A stretch of DNA of 64,000 nucleotides. Source: Octopus vulgaris. Taxonomy: Eukaryota. Below are positions 40,690 to 54,035 of the stretch, piece by piece (position 1 is the stretch's first letter; each line of letters starts with the position of its first letter). The position numbers were made by a program, and so were the translations under genes. Below the pieces are notes generated by a model. The model saw only the letters and a program-made list of their open reading frames with translations, did no database searches and was not told the DNA's origin. The stretch covers positions 42,966,001 to 43,030,000 of the forward strand of contig OX597824.1 of NCBI GenBank assembly GCA_951406725.2. Reading direction: 5' to 3'.

Positions 40690-42755
40690 CAATAAATACA
40701 TTGAAACAAAGAACATCTCACAAACAAATAAACTCATCAAGGCTGCAAGTAGGAGTGTTGCAAAAAGGATGGTACTGAATATCAATGAGAACAAAATCTT
40801 GACGGAAAGAAAAGGAAATAAACAACCTTGGTGGAAATGGAAAACATCAGAAGATATAAGGTCTCTGAACAGCGTAGTGTCAATATATGGCAGGAAAAGA
40901 AAAGGAGAACTAAAGAATGGTCGTAAATTTGAAAAATTGAAGAGTTATGGTGTTGATACAAAAGGAGTGAATGTTGTGATTGAAGAAATGAAGCAGCTCT
41001 TACTTGCCAAGAAGGTGAAACTAACTAGGTTTGACCAATGGATTAAACAATACCAGCAAAACTGATAATTTAGAACTGACTAAAAAGAAAAAAAAATTAT
41101 CAAGAAATGGACGATGGTTTAGCATACAAAAGATTAGTTCCTGATGCAAATGAAAATCGACAGCTTTGGAATGAGATATGGAGTAAGCAAGGGCAACATA
41201 ATACTGGAGCTGAATGGCTCTGCAGTCTGAAGCAAACAACTACCTATTACCAGCAAGAAGCTATCGGCGTTACCAAGAACAGTATAAGAAATGTGAGTAA
41301 AAAGATGAGCAGCAGTATCTAATGGTGTACAGGGAACTTGGTTTAAAATGTTCATTAGGTGCCATAAATTGGTTGTAGAGCAATTTAATGCATTGGTTGA
41401 TGGAACAAAAGAAATTCCAGAGTAGTCGAACGAAGGGTGAACGGTGTTGTGCTTGAAGGATGTATCGAAAGGCAGTACAGCCGCCAATCACAGGCCTATT
41501 TCTTGCATTCCATTGACGAGCAAGTTACAGGTCGATAAAATAAGTATAAATTATATCATAAGCTTTGCGGTAATCAATCCAAGCCGTTCCCAAAATTTGT
41601 CCTACTTCGCTTACCACTTGTCTATCTGTAATTGGTCTTTGGTACTTCTACATCTTGTCTTACAACCCTTTTGTTCTGTTGGTAAAATATCATTATAATT
41701 AAGAAATTTGTACAGGAGGCATTGCAGAAGAAATGTACAAATTGCTTAATGATAATGATATTTTACCAACAGAACAAAAGGGTTGTAAGACAAAATGCAG
41801 AAGTACCAAAGACCAATTGCTGATAGATAAATAGTAAGCGAAGTAGGACAAATTTGGGAACGGCCTGGGTTGATTAACGCAAAGCTTACGATATAATTTC
41901 CACATTCGTGAATCATTGAGTGTTTAGATATGTTTGGAATTGCAAGGAATATAACAAGTTTTCTGAAATGAAGTATGGTGGGTTATAAAACTGAGTTGAC
42001 ATCGTACTGAAAAAGATTGGGTACTTTAGGCATCAAGGGGATAGCTTATCAATTGTGGATTTTTGTACTTTGCATGATCCCTCTGACCTTGGTACTGGGG
42101 AACCTGAGATATCAGTTCAAGAGAAAAACACAAAGAATCAACTATCTTCTTTTTATGGATAATTTGAAGTTGCATAGCAAGGATGAAGTACAAGTGAGTT
42201 CCTTGGTAAACACTGTCTACTGTTTTAGTGTTGATGTAAGGATGGAATTTGAACTCTAGATAAAAAGGCTTTTTGACATGTTTTACATACCACCCTCAAC
42301 AGTTTTCCTCTGATTCTACACAATCTTGGCAACTGATCAGACCTTTCCCGCCCTTTCTTCTGGATAAGTACAACCGATCAGTGTCACTCTTGGGGTGGAA
42401 TGCTCCGTACAATGTTAATTAATTTTTTCCTGTTTTCCTATCCTTACTCATCAGTTCATTTTTGTCAGATTATGATTCTAATTCCATATTTAATTGATGC
42501 TATCGCCTATGTATATATATATATATATATACTACTTGGAATATATGCCATCCAGTCATTTCTGAGCGAAACAACAATCGTAGTCTTCGGAAATACTCTT
42601 TCTTCAGCTGTTCTTTTATTTCTTTCTCTATGTTTTCATTAAATTCTAGTGTGTCAAGATACTTATAGACTTCATTTTCAATTTGTTTCATTACTTTCCT
42701 ATTTGGTAATTCTATATCTGCTACAGACTGTTGCTTTGCCTCTTTTCAGATTCAT
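40690..42755 (+). mobile_element. Old R4/Dong-type LINE remnant with an internal fold-back duplication and an inverted distal segment
   Basis: [39 protein letters not shown] and MEFEL on the plus strand. The continuation (LKRGK, YKYLD, KKEYFRRLRL, HPKSD, GGKGLIS) lies on the minus strand at 42262-42755. Confidence 0.85.
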
Positions 42756-42871
42756 TATGCCACTGTGGTATAAATGGGGTCAAGGTAATCGACTAGTCCC
42801 CCCCCCCCAATTTCAGGCCTTGTGCCTATAGTAGAAAATATTATTATTATTGTTATTATTATTATTATTTT

Positions 42872-44925
42872 CGTATATACACAGCAGATTAGACTGTTGG
42901 AAAAGAAAAAAAATCCTAACACCAGGCTATAAGTAACCTTAGAAGCCAAAATCCTTCCGAAGTATTCTAGCTGTCCCTAATTACTCTGTTTTTTGCAGCT
43001 GTACTAAACTGGGTTTTAAACCTATTTCCTTTATCCATCTGTTCAGATATTTAGGGATAGTTCCCAGTGCACCTATAACTACTGGGATACATTTTACCCG
43101 CGCTTTCCATAGTCTCTGTAATTCAATCACTAGGTGCTGGTACTTTGTCATTTTTCTATATCCCTCATACCGATTTTTTTCATCATTTAGGACTATAAAG
43201 TCAATTATCTAATTATCTGGCACTTTCTATTCTCTTTATCTACTACTACCAAATCAGGCCTTCTAGCTTCTATTATTCTGTCAGTCTGAATGTTAAAGTC
43301 TCACAACATCTTGTCTTTCTTACTTTCTAGTACTTTACTAGGTTAATGTTTATACCATTCATCATTACGGCAAAATCCTAGCTTTATACATAACTCCCAG
43401 TGACTTACTCCCCTAGGTTGTCATGTTTTTTGCATTCTTTCTGTGCCAGCATGCTACATTCACTTACTATATGAGTTACGCTTTCCTCCTTTGATTTGCA
43501 TAACCTACATTGGAAATCTACTTGGTTCTTGTCTATCTTGTTGTTTATCCAATTAGTCCTTAGTGCTTGATTTTATGCAGCTACTTACAAACTTTCTGGT
43601 CTCCCTCTTCAGCTTTCCTTTCTGCAACCATAGCCATGTCTCACTACTACTATTTGCTGCAACTATTTTTGTGAATCTACCATGCAACGCCTTCTACCAC
43701 TAGTCAGATAATTTCTGTTGTTTTTTCTTGTTTTTAACTTCGTTTAGGTTTTTGGTCTCTTTATGTCTTGCAGTGACTCCACCAGATTTTAATAAACTTT
43801 CTTCACTATTACCAACATTGGAGTCTATATCTCTATATCTACTCTAGCTAACTCCACGCAGTCTTCTACTGATATTAGCCCTCTTCCACCTTCCTTTCTA
43901 GGTAAGTATAATCTTGCTACTCCTGCCCTTGCTAATTCAGCTTTTGTCCAATCAACAAAACTGCTGAGTATCTGAGCAATAATACTTCCCAAGTATTTAC
44001 AGCCTTCACTAGATTCTGACCATTTAGCTTTGACTTCCTTAGCTTCCTAATCCTTCTAATACATTCCTTTTCATTTTCGTTTTCATTTCCATAGTTAGTA
44101 CTCTGTCAAATTCTAAAACTCCTGGATACTTATAACTCTCTCCTCCTTTCAATGATTTAAATGTCTGCCCATCGGGTAATTGGATGCCTTTGCTGTTAAC
44201 TACCTGTCCCCTTCTCATGACTAATATTGCACACTTATCTATGCCAAATTCCATGCCTATTTCTTTGCTGAAGAGTCTTACAGTATGTATTAAAGAATCT
44301 ATTTCTTTTTCATTCTTACTAAAAAGCTTCAGATTGTTTTCCTTACTGTTTCTGAACTCATACCCTGCCTTTGATTTCCCTAATACTAAACTGAGGGAGA
44401 TCAAACATAAGACAAATATTAAAGGGAACAACGAGTCCCCCGGAAAGTTCCTCTTTTGATATTAACTTTCCCTGAGAGAGTATCTCCTGAGTAGAGATCT
44501 ACTTTCCATTTCTTCATGCTAAAGCTAATTAATTCTCTTATGTTGTCTGCTATACTGAATATATTCAAACATTCACTTATCCGTGAGTGTGGGATCATGT
44601 CATAAGCTTTCCTATAATCTATCCATGCTAGTGTTAGATTTTTCTTTCTAGCTTTTACTTCATTTAGAACTGCTTTGTCTATGTATAATAGATTGTGCGT
44701 TCCTCTAACATTATTCCTGCAACCTTTTTGTTCTCCATTATGAGTGACTGGCATATCTCAAATATTACTCCAGAACTTTCTAACTTCCTCTGCATTAGGT
44801 TTCTCAACTTCAGTACTTCGTTCTTCACTATTTCTTTGGTTATAAAATCTTCTCTGGTCTGTCTCAAATAATTTATTCTGTTGATAATGATCTATTCTTT
44901 TCTGATATCTGGATGATATCTAGAT
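42872..44925 (-). mobile_element. Decayed R4/Dong-type LINE (RT to RLE) with TAA tail on the minus strand
   Basis: EQKGCR, AWIDYRKAYDMIPH, IGMEFGIDKCA, SYKYPG, RLYLPRKEGGRGLIS, ARRPDLVV and PVVIGALG motifs, with many stops and frameshifts. Confidence 0.88.
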
Positions 44926-44959
44926 GATATCATGAGTTTGTTTTATTATGAGTTTGTTT

Positions 44960-45735
44960 TAAGATTTAAGATTACATAGTCAATATTTTACGTAGGATAT
45001 GGGCAGTTCCTATGAGCATTATCTTTTGAATTTCTGCCATTTTGGGGTTTCCTGGTATCTGAGCTTGGTAGCAATAAGCACCATTTGCTATCATTCCTAG
45101 TGCACCAATGACAACATGTATTGTTTTAATCTTCAGTTTCTACATTTTGCAAATTTCTATTTCAAGATCTTTATACTTGCTCAGTTTTTAGTAGGTCTTG
45201 ACAGATACATTTATATCGATTGGGACAGTCATATCAATGAGGAGGCATGATTTTTGTCTGAACTCTTTCAATATGATGTGTGGCCTATTTGCATCTATCT
45301 TTCTGCCAGTTTGAATGGTGAAGTTCCAGAGGAGTGAGATGTGATAATTGTCAAGCACTGGGGGTGCTTTGTGTTCCCAAGTTCATGTTTTGCAAATTAC
45401 CCAGTGAATATATTGTGAAGCTGTATCATACCTGTTGAGATACTCTGTAGGAGCTAGAAAACTGCACATGGAGACAACATGATCAATGGTCTCATTTTGT
45501 TGTAGACATTTACGACATATTGGGGAACTGCCGTTCTTTAATATGTTGCCCTGGAAGTTCCTTGTAGGCAGGCATTGATCTTGGGCTGCTATGATAAACC
45601 CTTCTGTTTCTGATATTAAGCCTGAAGCCATTAGCTATTCATGGGTAAAGGCTTTGTCAACATCGGCATTATTCGTTCACTTTGGGTATTTGCCATTGAG
45701 AAGTTTTTCTTGCCATTTATCAGTCAGAATAACTA
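44960..45735 (-). mobile_element. R4/Dong-type LINE 3' fragment (Zn knuckle + RLE)
   Basis: SGLISETEGFIIAAQDQCLPTRN..CRKCLQQNETIDHVVSMC, LLWNFTIQT, ANRPHI and GTAHILRKIL motifs. Confidence 0.88.
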
Positions 45736-48581
45736 AGTCAGATACACAATTGTCAAATGAAAAAGAATCATACAATTTTAAGAAGCGAAATCATTTACAT
45801 AGGCAACATAAAAACAACACTTTAACAAGAACTCTTTTACTAGCGTACCTTGCAGAAAAACAGTTTTTGACAATGCTCAGATGGTGGTGTAAAAAGAAAG
45901 TAGGGAGTAGTATGTGCCTTTATGCCTAAAGGATTTATTCAAAAACAGGCAGGAGGAAGGTGAGTTTATCTCTTTGTGAGCGACAAAAAAATTTTTCCAG
46001 TTGCTCGAAAGTATAATTGAAGGACGTCCCAGTTGTTGTATGGAGCTATTTTCTTTTATTGATTGTAGCAGGTCTTATGAGAGCGTGGGCCTTTTCATTT
46101 CCATTGAAAATCTGTTATGAGTGGATGTGGATATATTTATTTACTTTTAGGTGTTGTTTGGAAATAGAGGTGAGTTTTCGATGAACCTAGTCAGCGACTT
46201 GATTTTGTTTCAATAGTAACCGTTTACTAATTCTTGAAACCTGAGAAACCAATCCTTATTTTTGATTCTAAGTAATAATTGTCATCTTTATGAACGCGCC
46301 CCCCCACCGCCACTTCTTTATCGAAATAATTGTCATCATCATAATTGTAACCACTACCACCATCTTTTCCTTCCTCATTATCCTCCCCTCCCCCTCCTCC
46401 AGCTCTTCTTCATTATTATCATTGTCACCATAATTTTCATTGCTATCGCCATCACTACCTTAGACCTCATCGTCATCGTTATCATCATCATCACCATCAT
46501 CACCCTCTTTTCTATTTCCATTCTCATCCCTTCTGCAATATTCACCATAAAACATCTTGATTATCATCATCATCATTGTCGTCGTCGTCATCCTAATCAT
46601 CATCATTACCACAACCACCACCACCACCACCACTACCTCATCCTGCTGCAGCAGCAGCAACATCGTTTCTCATTATCATAAGTTTTGTTCACGTATTTAT
46701 TGTTACACAGAGTGTTGTGGTGCAACACAATAAATTCACTGCGATCTGGTTTCGAGTCTGCAAACCGGTTTCAACTCTCGGCAGAAATCGATTCACTTTA
46801 TGATGCTAATTGCTTTGAAACCTTCATACAAAACAGTTCTTATTGGCAAACATTGAACAATTGGTTGTAGATCAAAGCAGTGCCACAGTGCTGGTTCATA
46901 AAACCAAATAACGATTTCTTATATAAGCATAAGGTTAGTTATTTCCAAGGTATACGTGTGCGAGTTTGTGTCGACAGAATCAATCGTATTAATCATTATC
47001 ATACGACTGCAAGCCTCTTCCAACCATTGCGGCATTCATAACTAATTACGGTCCTGTGATAGGATGATTAAACCCGAAGTATCGATGGGATCTGACAGTA
47101 TTTGAACGCAAAAATGAAAGACCAGGAACGAGGCAAATCTCGTTCGAGGCTCCAACAATTCCGATAATCAACCGCCCTGAATTGGTGTTTTATTCTATCG
47201 ACTTCGAGAAAATGAGCTATAAAGTTGATCTCGAAAGGATCTGAACTCAGAGCGTAGGGATTCGGAACAAATACCACGTGGCATTTTAGCCGATGCTCTA
47301 ACGATTCTGTCAATCCCATCCTCTTACCTTAGATACTGGTTTCAAATTTTGGCACAAGACCAGCAATTTTGGGGGCGGGTATAAGTCGATTACATTGACC
47401 CCAGTGTTCAACTGGTACTTATTTTATCGGCCCAGAAAAGAGGAAAGGTAAAGTTGACTTTGGCGGCATTTGAACTCTGAACGTAAAGCATTGTTGCTAA
47501 GCATTTTATTCGACGAGCTAAAGGTTGTACCAACTTTCCGCTTTCCTTACGTTAGATTTTTATTTATTCTATAGACCGAGTGATCTTGTGATCTTATTGT
47601 GTCTGCACTGGTGGTAAAAGGATTGACGGAATAGCGATGTGAACTTTACATTGTTTTTTGTCATATCATGAAACCGATTCTGAGAACGACAAAAGAAATT
47701 AACCACAGAACTTGCCTGGTTCCATATTCGTCCCGAATTTAAGAAAAGCAAAGTTAATATCGGCAAGATTTGAACTCAGAGCTCAGAGAGACAGAACAAA
47801 TACAGCAAAACTCATCCGATAGTCGAATAGATCTAGCAGTTCGGCACTTTATATTATATCTATTGTACTGCCTAGAGTCAGAAGCCAAAAATTTGCATAT
47901 TTTATTTATACTTTCAATGTGATTTTGCAACCCAAAGAGTGAGTTTATATATGGTCGATTTTGACTTCAAGAAATAGCAGCATGATCTATCTCAAACCAG
48001 ATGCTAATATTTTAAAAGAGGACTCACTGGATAAAATGTTTCTAGATACATTATGACTAAACGAAAGGAGGAATAGCTATTACTATTTCTTCTTTAAATC
48101 ATAGTTGAAAAAAGTTGGTAAATAGAAAATAACAGGTTCCTCTACGATTTAAATAATGATGGGGTAAGCTTAGGATGTATCGTTGATAAAATATACTCAA
48201 CTTGATCACTGGCGTCATATTTTTTTCACATCGGAAGAATAAAAGAGAAAATTGGTACAGGTAGTATATGAAATAAGAATAGAGACGGGCGAGATTAAAT
48301 ACTTGGAAGGTCTACTCTTTCTGTTGGCATAATCAGCGATGAATTTAGGTGATTAGCCAAGCAAGTCGCAGCTTAGGGCCTCGAAATCCGAAGAGCTTCA
48401 GAAATACATAATAGGTATTGAAGTTATGAATGTTTGTTAGACTTTCTGGTATAATCCATATATCTTAAAACCTTATCATATCCAAATCCTGCGCTGGATG
48501 TGTCTCACTTGTAATATAGAATAATCTCATGTATTTCTTCAGTTTGCAGGACTTAGATCACTGATTTCTAAAGATCTAGAT

Positions 48582-48703
48582 CAGTGCTCTCCAACAAGTA
48601 TACCACGACACACTGGTGTGTCACGGGACGATGCTAGGTGTACCATCGAATTTTGGAAAGAATATAAGTGTAACGCAAGTAACGAAAAGGATGTGAAGCA
48701 CTG
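48582..48703. mobile_element. Tiny hAT (Charlie-like) MITE with a perfect 8-bp TSD
   Basis: ATCTAGAT|CAGTGCT...AGCACTG|ATCTAGAT. The TSD fits the NTCTAGAN preference. Confidence 0.8.
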
Positions 48704-49954
48704 ATCTAGATTGAGTACGGAATGGGTAACCTCGCTTAAATCATTTCTATAGTTACATAACATAGAAAGAGAGAGTCGGCGCGGGTGCATCATGGAGTTC
48801 AAGAATGAAGGTCAGTGAGCCTATAACTTTTATAGGCTCAAAGGCTTCTCCTTTGAGGTGTTTTTGTAGGCTTCTCGTTGAGGTGTTTTTGTTGATTTTT
48901 AAAATCGTCAGACCGACCAACCTGTCGTTTTTTTCTTTTTCTTTTCAGACTATATAATTCAAACTAAGCTGCTATTTTCTAAATGAGAGTGAAGTGTGAT
49001 TTAATGAAGATACGGTTGTTATTTATTGTAGGTCAAATGATCGTGTTGAAGTTTCTTTGTTCGCTGATATGGTCAGTGTTTAAATTGGACAGCTGTGAAT
49101 CAATGTCTGGTGGAAGAAACATAGGCGGGGAAAGATTTCCGGTGGATTGCGTGCAGTTCTGAGTAAAGAAGAGAATGCCTGGACGAAGTATAGGAAATGA
49201 AAGAGAGCAATGGTGAATAAAAATGGAAAGACTGTCATTACGATATGATCCAGTCGGTTATCCGGACTCATCCGCTGCTATTTGTACTTCCCATTCAGGA
49301 GGGAAGTTCATTTGTCATCGACGACGACAAAAATGGTGACACCGGCAAAACAAGATGATCGAGCGACTTAATCAAACGTAAAGAAAAGAAAAAAAAAATC
49401 AAACAAATAATTAAAACAAAACCTAGATAAAGAATTGGCTGCAATTAATTAAAATTTTATCATTCTACGTTCATTTTAAATGCGATACTCTGTATTATTT
49501 ATAGAGAATCGATAAATGAAACAAAAATACTGGTAAAATTAATTATTGAATAGAATATATAATAAAACCAATTTCCTTTTACTAGCTACAAGCAATAAGG
49601 TCAATTTCTGCAAAAGAGTATATATAGTCGTTTCAAATGATTATGACTACTTATTTTATCGACCTTCGTATAGAATAAAAGGTATTACAAGTCCAGAGAT
49701 TTTGTCTTTTAAGATTTCTGGTTTAAATCCTGCGATAGATACTATGGCCTAAAATACTTTAGAATATGCATTTTCAGCCTTATACACCACGATAGGAGAG
49801 CTTCGACGCCATCTCACGATCTGCTAGGAACCAAACATTCTTTATATCACAATCTACTGTGGACACATCTGAAGAGATAAATATTAAAGACCTGATATTC
49901 ATGGCTTGAAAAAATTTCACTTGTAGGTCTGCTTGATCAGGGATAAATAATAAG

Positions 49955-51058
49955 GGTTTCAAAATTTGGAAGAAGGCCAGCAATTTCGGGTGAGGGAATG
50001 AGTCGAATACATGGACCCCAGTACTTAACTGGTATTTATTTTATTTACCCAGAAAGGATGAAATATAAAGCTAACCTCGGCGGAATTTGAACTCAGAACG
50101 TAAAGACGGACTAAATGCCGCCAAGCATGTTAGCGACTCTGCCAGCTTGCCGCCTTAGGAATATACAATAATCTTTTCTACGATAAGTACAATGCCTGAA
50201 ATTGTGAGAGAGGGGATTAGTAGATTACATCGACTCCAGTGTTTCACTGATACTTAGTTTATCGACCCGAAAGGATGAAAACCAAAGTCGACCTCCGCGG
50301 AATTTGAACTCAGAACATAAAGACGGACGAAATATTGCTAAGCATTTTGCCCGGCGTGCTAACGACTCCGTCAGCTCGCCGCCTTAGAAATAAACAATAA
50401 TCTTTTCTACTCTAGGTACAAGGGCTGAAATTTGGGGGTAGGGGCCAGTCGATTATATCGACCCCAGTACGCAACTGGTGCCTAATTTATCGACCCCGAA
50501 AGGATGGAAGGCAAAGGTGACCTCAGTGGAATTTGAACTCAGAACGTAAAGGCAGACGAAATACCTATTTCTTTATTACCCACAAGGGGCTAAACACAGA
50601 GAGGACAAACAAGGACAGACATAGGTATTAAGTCGATTACATCGTCCCCAGTGAGTAACTGGTACTTAATTTATCAACCCTGAAAGGATGAAAGGCAAAG
50701 TCGACCTCCGCGGAATTTGAACTCAGAACGTAGCGGTAGACGAAATATCGCTAAGCATTTTGCCCGGCGTGCTAACGACTCTGCCAGTTCGCCGCCATAG
50801 GAATAAACAATAATGGCAACAAACTGATTGGCTTTATTCCGCTAATATTGGTTTCAAATGTTGGTACAAGCACAGCATGTTCGGGGGTATGGAGTAAGTC
50901 GATTATATCGACTCCAGTGCTCAGATAGTACTTATTTTATCGGCCCCCAGAGAATGAAAGGCTAAGTCGAGCTCGGCGGAATTTGAGCTCAGAAGGTAAA
51001 TACGGACGAAATGCTGCTAAGCATTTTTCCCGGTGCGCCAACGATTCTGCCAGCTTTT
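49955..51058 (-). mobile_element. Head-to-tail cluster of four family-A SINEs, one of them dimeric
   Basis: Heads cgccgcc(t/a)tag near 50150, 50380 and 50795, each followed by the same gaat(a)..acaataat spacer. Confidence 0.88.
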
Positions 51059-52009
51059 TGCTTCTTTACTCCAGTAATATTTGCATTAGTAAAGTACCTG
51101 TAAACATACTGGTATTACATACGATAATAGTCTCTATTTTGAAAAATGAAAAATAATAAGTATAGCCGGTTTGCATTCAAGGAATTCTTGATTTTTTGTT
51201 TTATATTGTTTTTATACATGTTGCTGTATAGCCATAGGTCAGCCTTGATTGAGCAGCTGTGTGGCTCGTTTGTAACAAGCCGAGTATCGAAACGAGACCA
51301 ACCGATTCGTTTTCTCCCCAGTTATATGATTCCTTATAGCTGATGGCCAGACTGCACACTCCAACATTTAGAAATAAATCATGCGAAATATAGTGACACC
51401 GTCAGGGCATACTGCGCTCCTTGAAATGTCTAGGAGAGACAAGTAAGATGGAGGAGAGGAAAGAGGAGGAGGAGATGATAGTATTGTATATTACAAAAAG
51501 ACGAATTTCATCGGAACTCTACTAACTTAAAAAAGACGAGATGAAACAGAGCAATGGTGAATATAAATGGAAAGGCTGTCGTTAACGATATGATCCAGTC
51601 GGTTATGTGGACTTATCCGCTGCTACGTTCTTTTCAGGAAGGAAATTCATTTGTCATCGTCGACGACAAAATTGGCGACATCGGCAAAACAAGATGAACG
51701 AGTGACTTAAACAAACGAAAATAAATAATTAAAATTAAATAATGTATGTATACATACATATATATACATACATACATATATATATATATACATATATATA
51801 TATACATACATATATATATGAATGTATATATATGTATATATATATATATATATGTATGTCTGTATATATATATATATGTATGTTTGTATATATATATATA
51901 TATATATAAACCTACATACAGGTTTATATATATATATATGTATATGTATGTACATGTATATATATATATATATATGCATACATACATACATAGACACATA
52001 TGTGCTTTC

Positions 52010-52040
<31 letters not shown>

Positions 52041-52499
52041 TGTATGTATGTATGTATGTATGTATGTATGTATTTATGTATGTATGATTTTTCTTTCAGT
52101 TTAATTTATGTTCCTGAACATTGAAAGAATATAAGTGTAACGCAAGTGAAATAAGGTTGCGAAGCACTGATCTAGATTGAGTACAGAATGAGTAGCTTCG
52201 ATTAAATCATTTCTATAGTTACAAAGCTAGCAAAGCGACAAGACGTTTTGAGTTAAGAGATTTTCCGACGTTTGTTAATATGTGGTTGAGTTGGAGTGGT
52301 GGTGGAACTGTCGACGTATACACCCGAGTGTGTGCATCTATTCACATAAGAATCTCAGATGGAGAATTTTTGGAACGTCTTGCAAATCTTCACTGTGTCA
52401 TTAATAGATTGGATTTGGTAAAATTCACGTCAGTCCCCTTTACTCTGATTCCGTGTGACCGAGTACTCCTCGCTTTTTGTGCAAGAGTTGTTGGTACAT

Positions 52500-52880
52500 A
52501 ACTTAACGCAGATATGATGATAGGTACAAACGAGAATTCAAAATCAGGGTACAAGAGCTATAAGTTCTGCATTAATTTGCCATATATGTTCTCCTTTTCC
52601 TGGACTTTTGATTGTACGCTCACATCCCCTGGGCAGCTGACCTGTACAACAGTGCATGACTTTTGTTCTCTGTCCCACAGAACAACATCAGGTCTGTCAT
52701 GTTTGTATCGAGTTGATGTTTTTTATTGGGGTATCCCACCAGTATTTCTTGTTTTTAAAAATGTGGATACCTGCAGGTTCTGACATGCATTTAATGTATG
52801 CGTCCGGGCAATCTTTCCTACGGATAACATTGTACTACTTGCAACAATATCATGCCTCAGGGGTAAGTAGTTTCTCGCAT
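52500..52880 (-). mobile_element. Decayed RLE-type LINE fragment
   Basis: KKYWWDTP, HDRPDVVLWDREQKSCTVVQVSCP and FVPII motifs. Confidence 0.65.
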
Positions 52881-52914
52881 GTATGTATGTTATTTTTTCA
52901 GTTTCATTTCAAAA

Positions 52915-53280
52915 TTACTTGCCAATAGAGAAAGAGCCGGTTTCTAACCCAGATCCATGGCTTCTTCATTGGAATTTTAACATCAACAACAGGATGTTTT
53001 ATATGCATGTATGTATGTATGTATACGTGCAGTTTTGTATGTTTTGTTTTATGTATGTTTTCTCATGCATATACTTGCATACCTAGACATGCTCATATAT
53101 ACTTAAATGATAAACTTCTGGAAAATTTTACAGTTCCGGTGATGGTTTGGATCTATGGTCTTTGAATCAGCTTTCTTCTTCCTGGTTTGGAGAAGTCTAA
53201 TTTCTCAAGATTGGTATTTAAGCAGTGTGTTACATATCCCAGTGCTCCAATAATTACAGGTATAAACCTGAACTTGTAAT
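52915..53280 (-). mobile_element. RLE-type LINE 3' end
   Basis: YKFRFIPVIIGALGYVTHCLNTNLEKLDF followed by a probable 3' UTR. Confidence 0.65.
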
Positions 53281-53401
53281 GTATGTAAGTATGTATGTGT
53301 GTACGTATGTACGTGTGCGTATATGTCTGTGTGTGCGTGCATGTGTATATATGTATGCATGCATACTTGCATGCATGCATGTATGTATGTATGTATGTAT
53401 G

Positions 53402-53435
<34 letters not shown>

Positions 53436-53989
53436 TGTATGTATGTATGTATGTATGTATGTATGTATGTATGTATGTTTGTAGTCGATAAGGAGGTAGT
53501 TAGCAAAGATGCTCTCCCAAGTAGTTTTCGCCAATCGAATTGTAGTACCAATGCATGGATCAAATCAACGCAATGGCAGAAAATACTTTTCTAAGGTGAT
53601 GCTCAGTGGGATCGAAAACAGAACCACGCAGTTGTAAAGCGAACTGGTCAACTACACCACCATTCCCGAGCCTCAAGCTTCAAGAATAACAACATTGACA
53701 CATGGCGCAAACACAAAATGACGACGACGTCTTCCCATGAATACAAATGAATAAAAATATAATGAGAGAACGAAATTAATATTTATAGAAGACGATGGCC
53801 ATAATCAAAGAAATGTGCATTCTAGGGTGGGCTATCGAAATGAGCGTTAAGGTTGTTTCTTGCTTGTTTGAATAAATATAGCTAAGATATCATATGGATC
53901 GAAAGGAAATGGACTCATATCAATCAAGTCTTAAACGAAAACACTTCAAAGAAAAGAAAGAAGGAAAGAAAGAGAGAAAGAAAGAAAGG

Positions 53990-54035
<46 letters not shown>

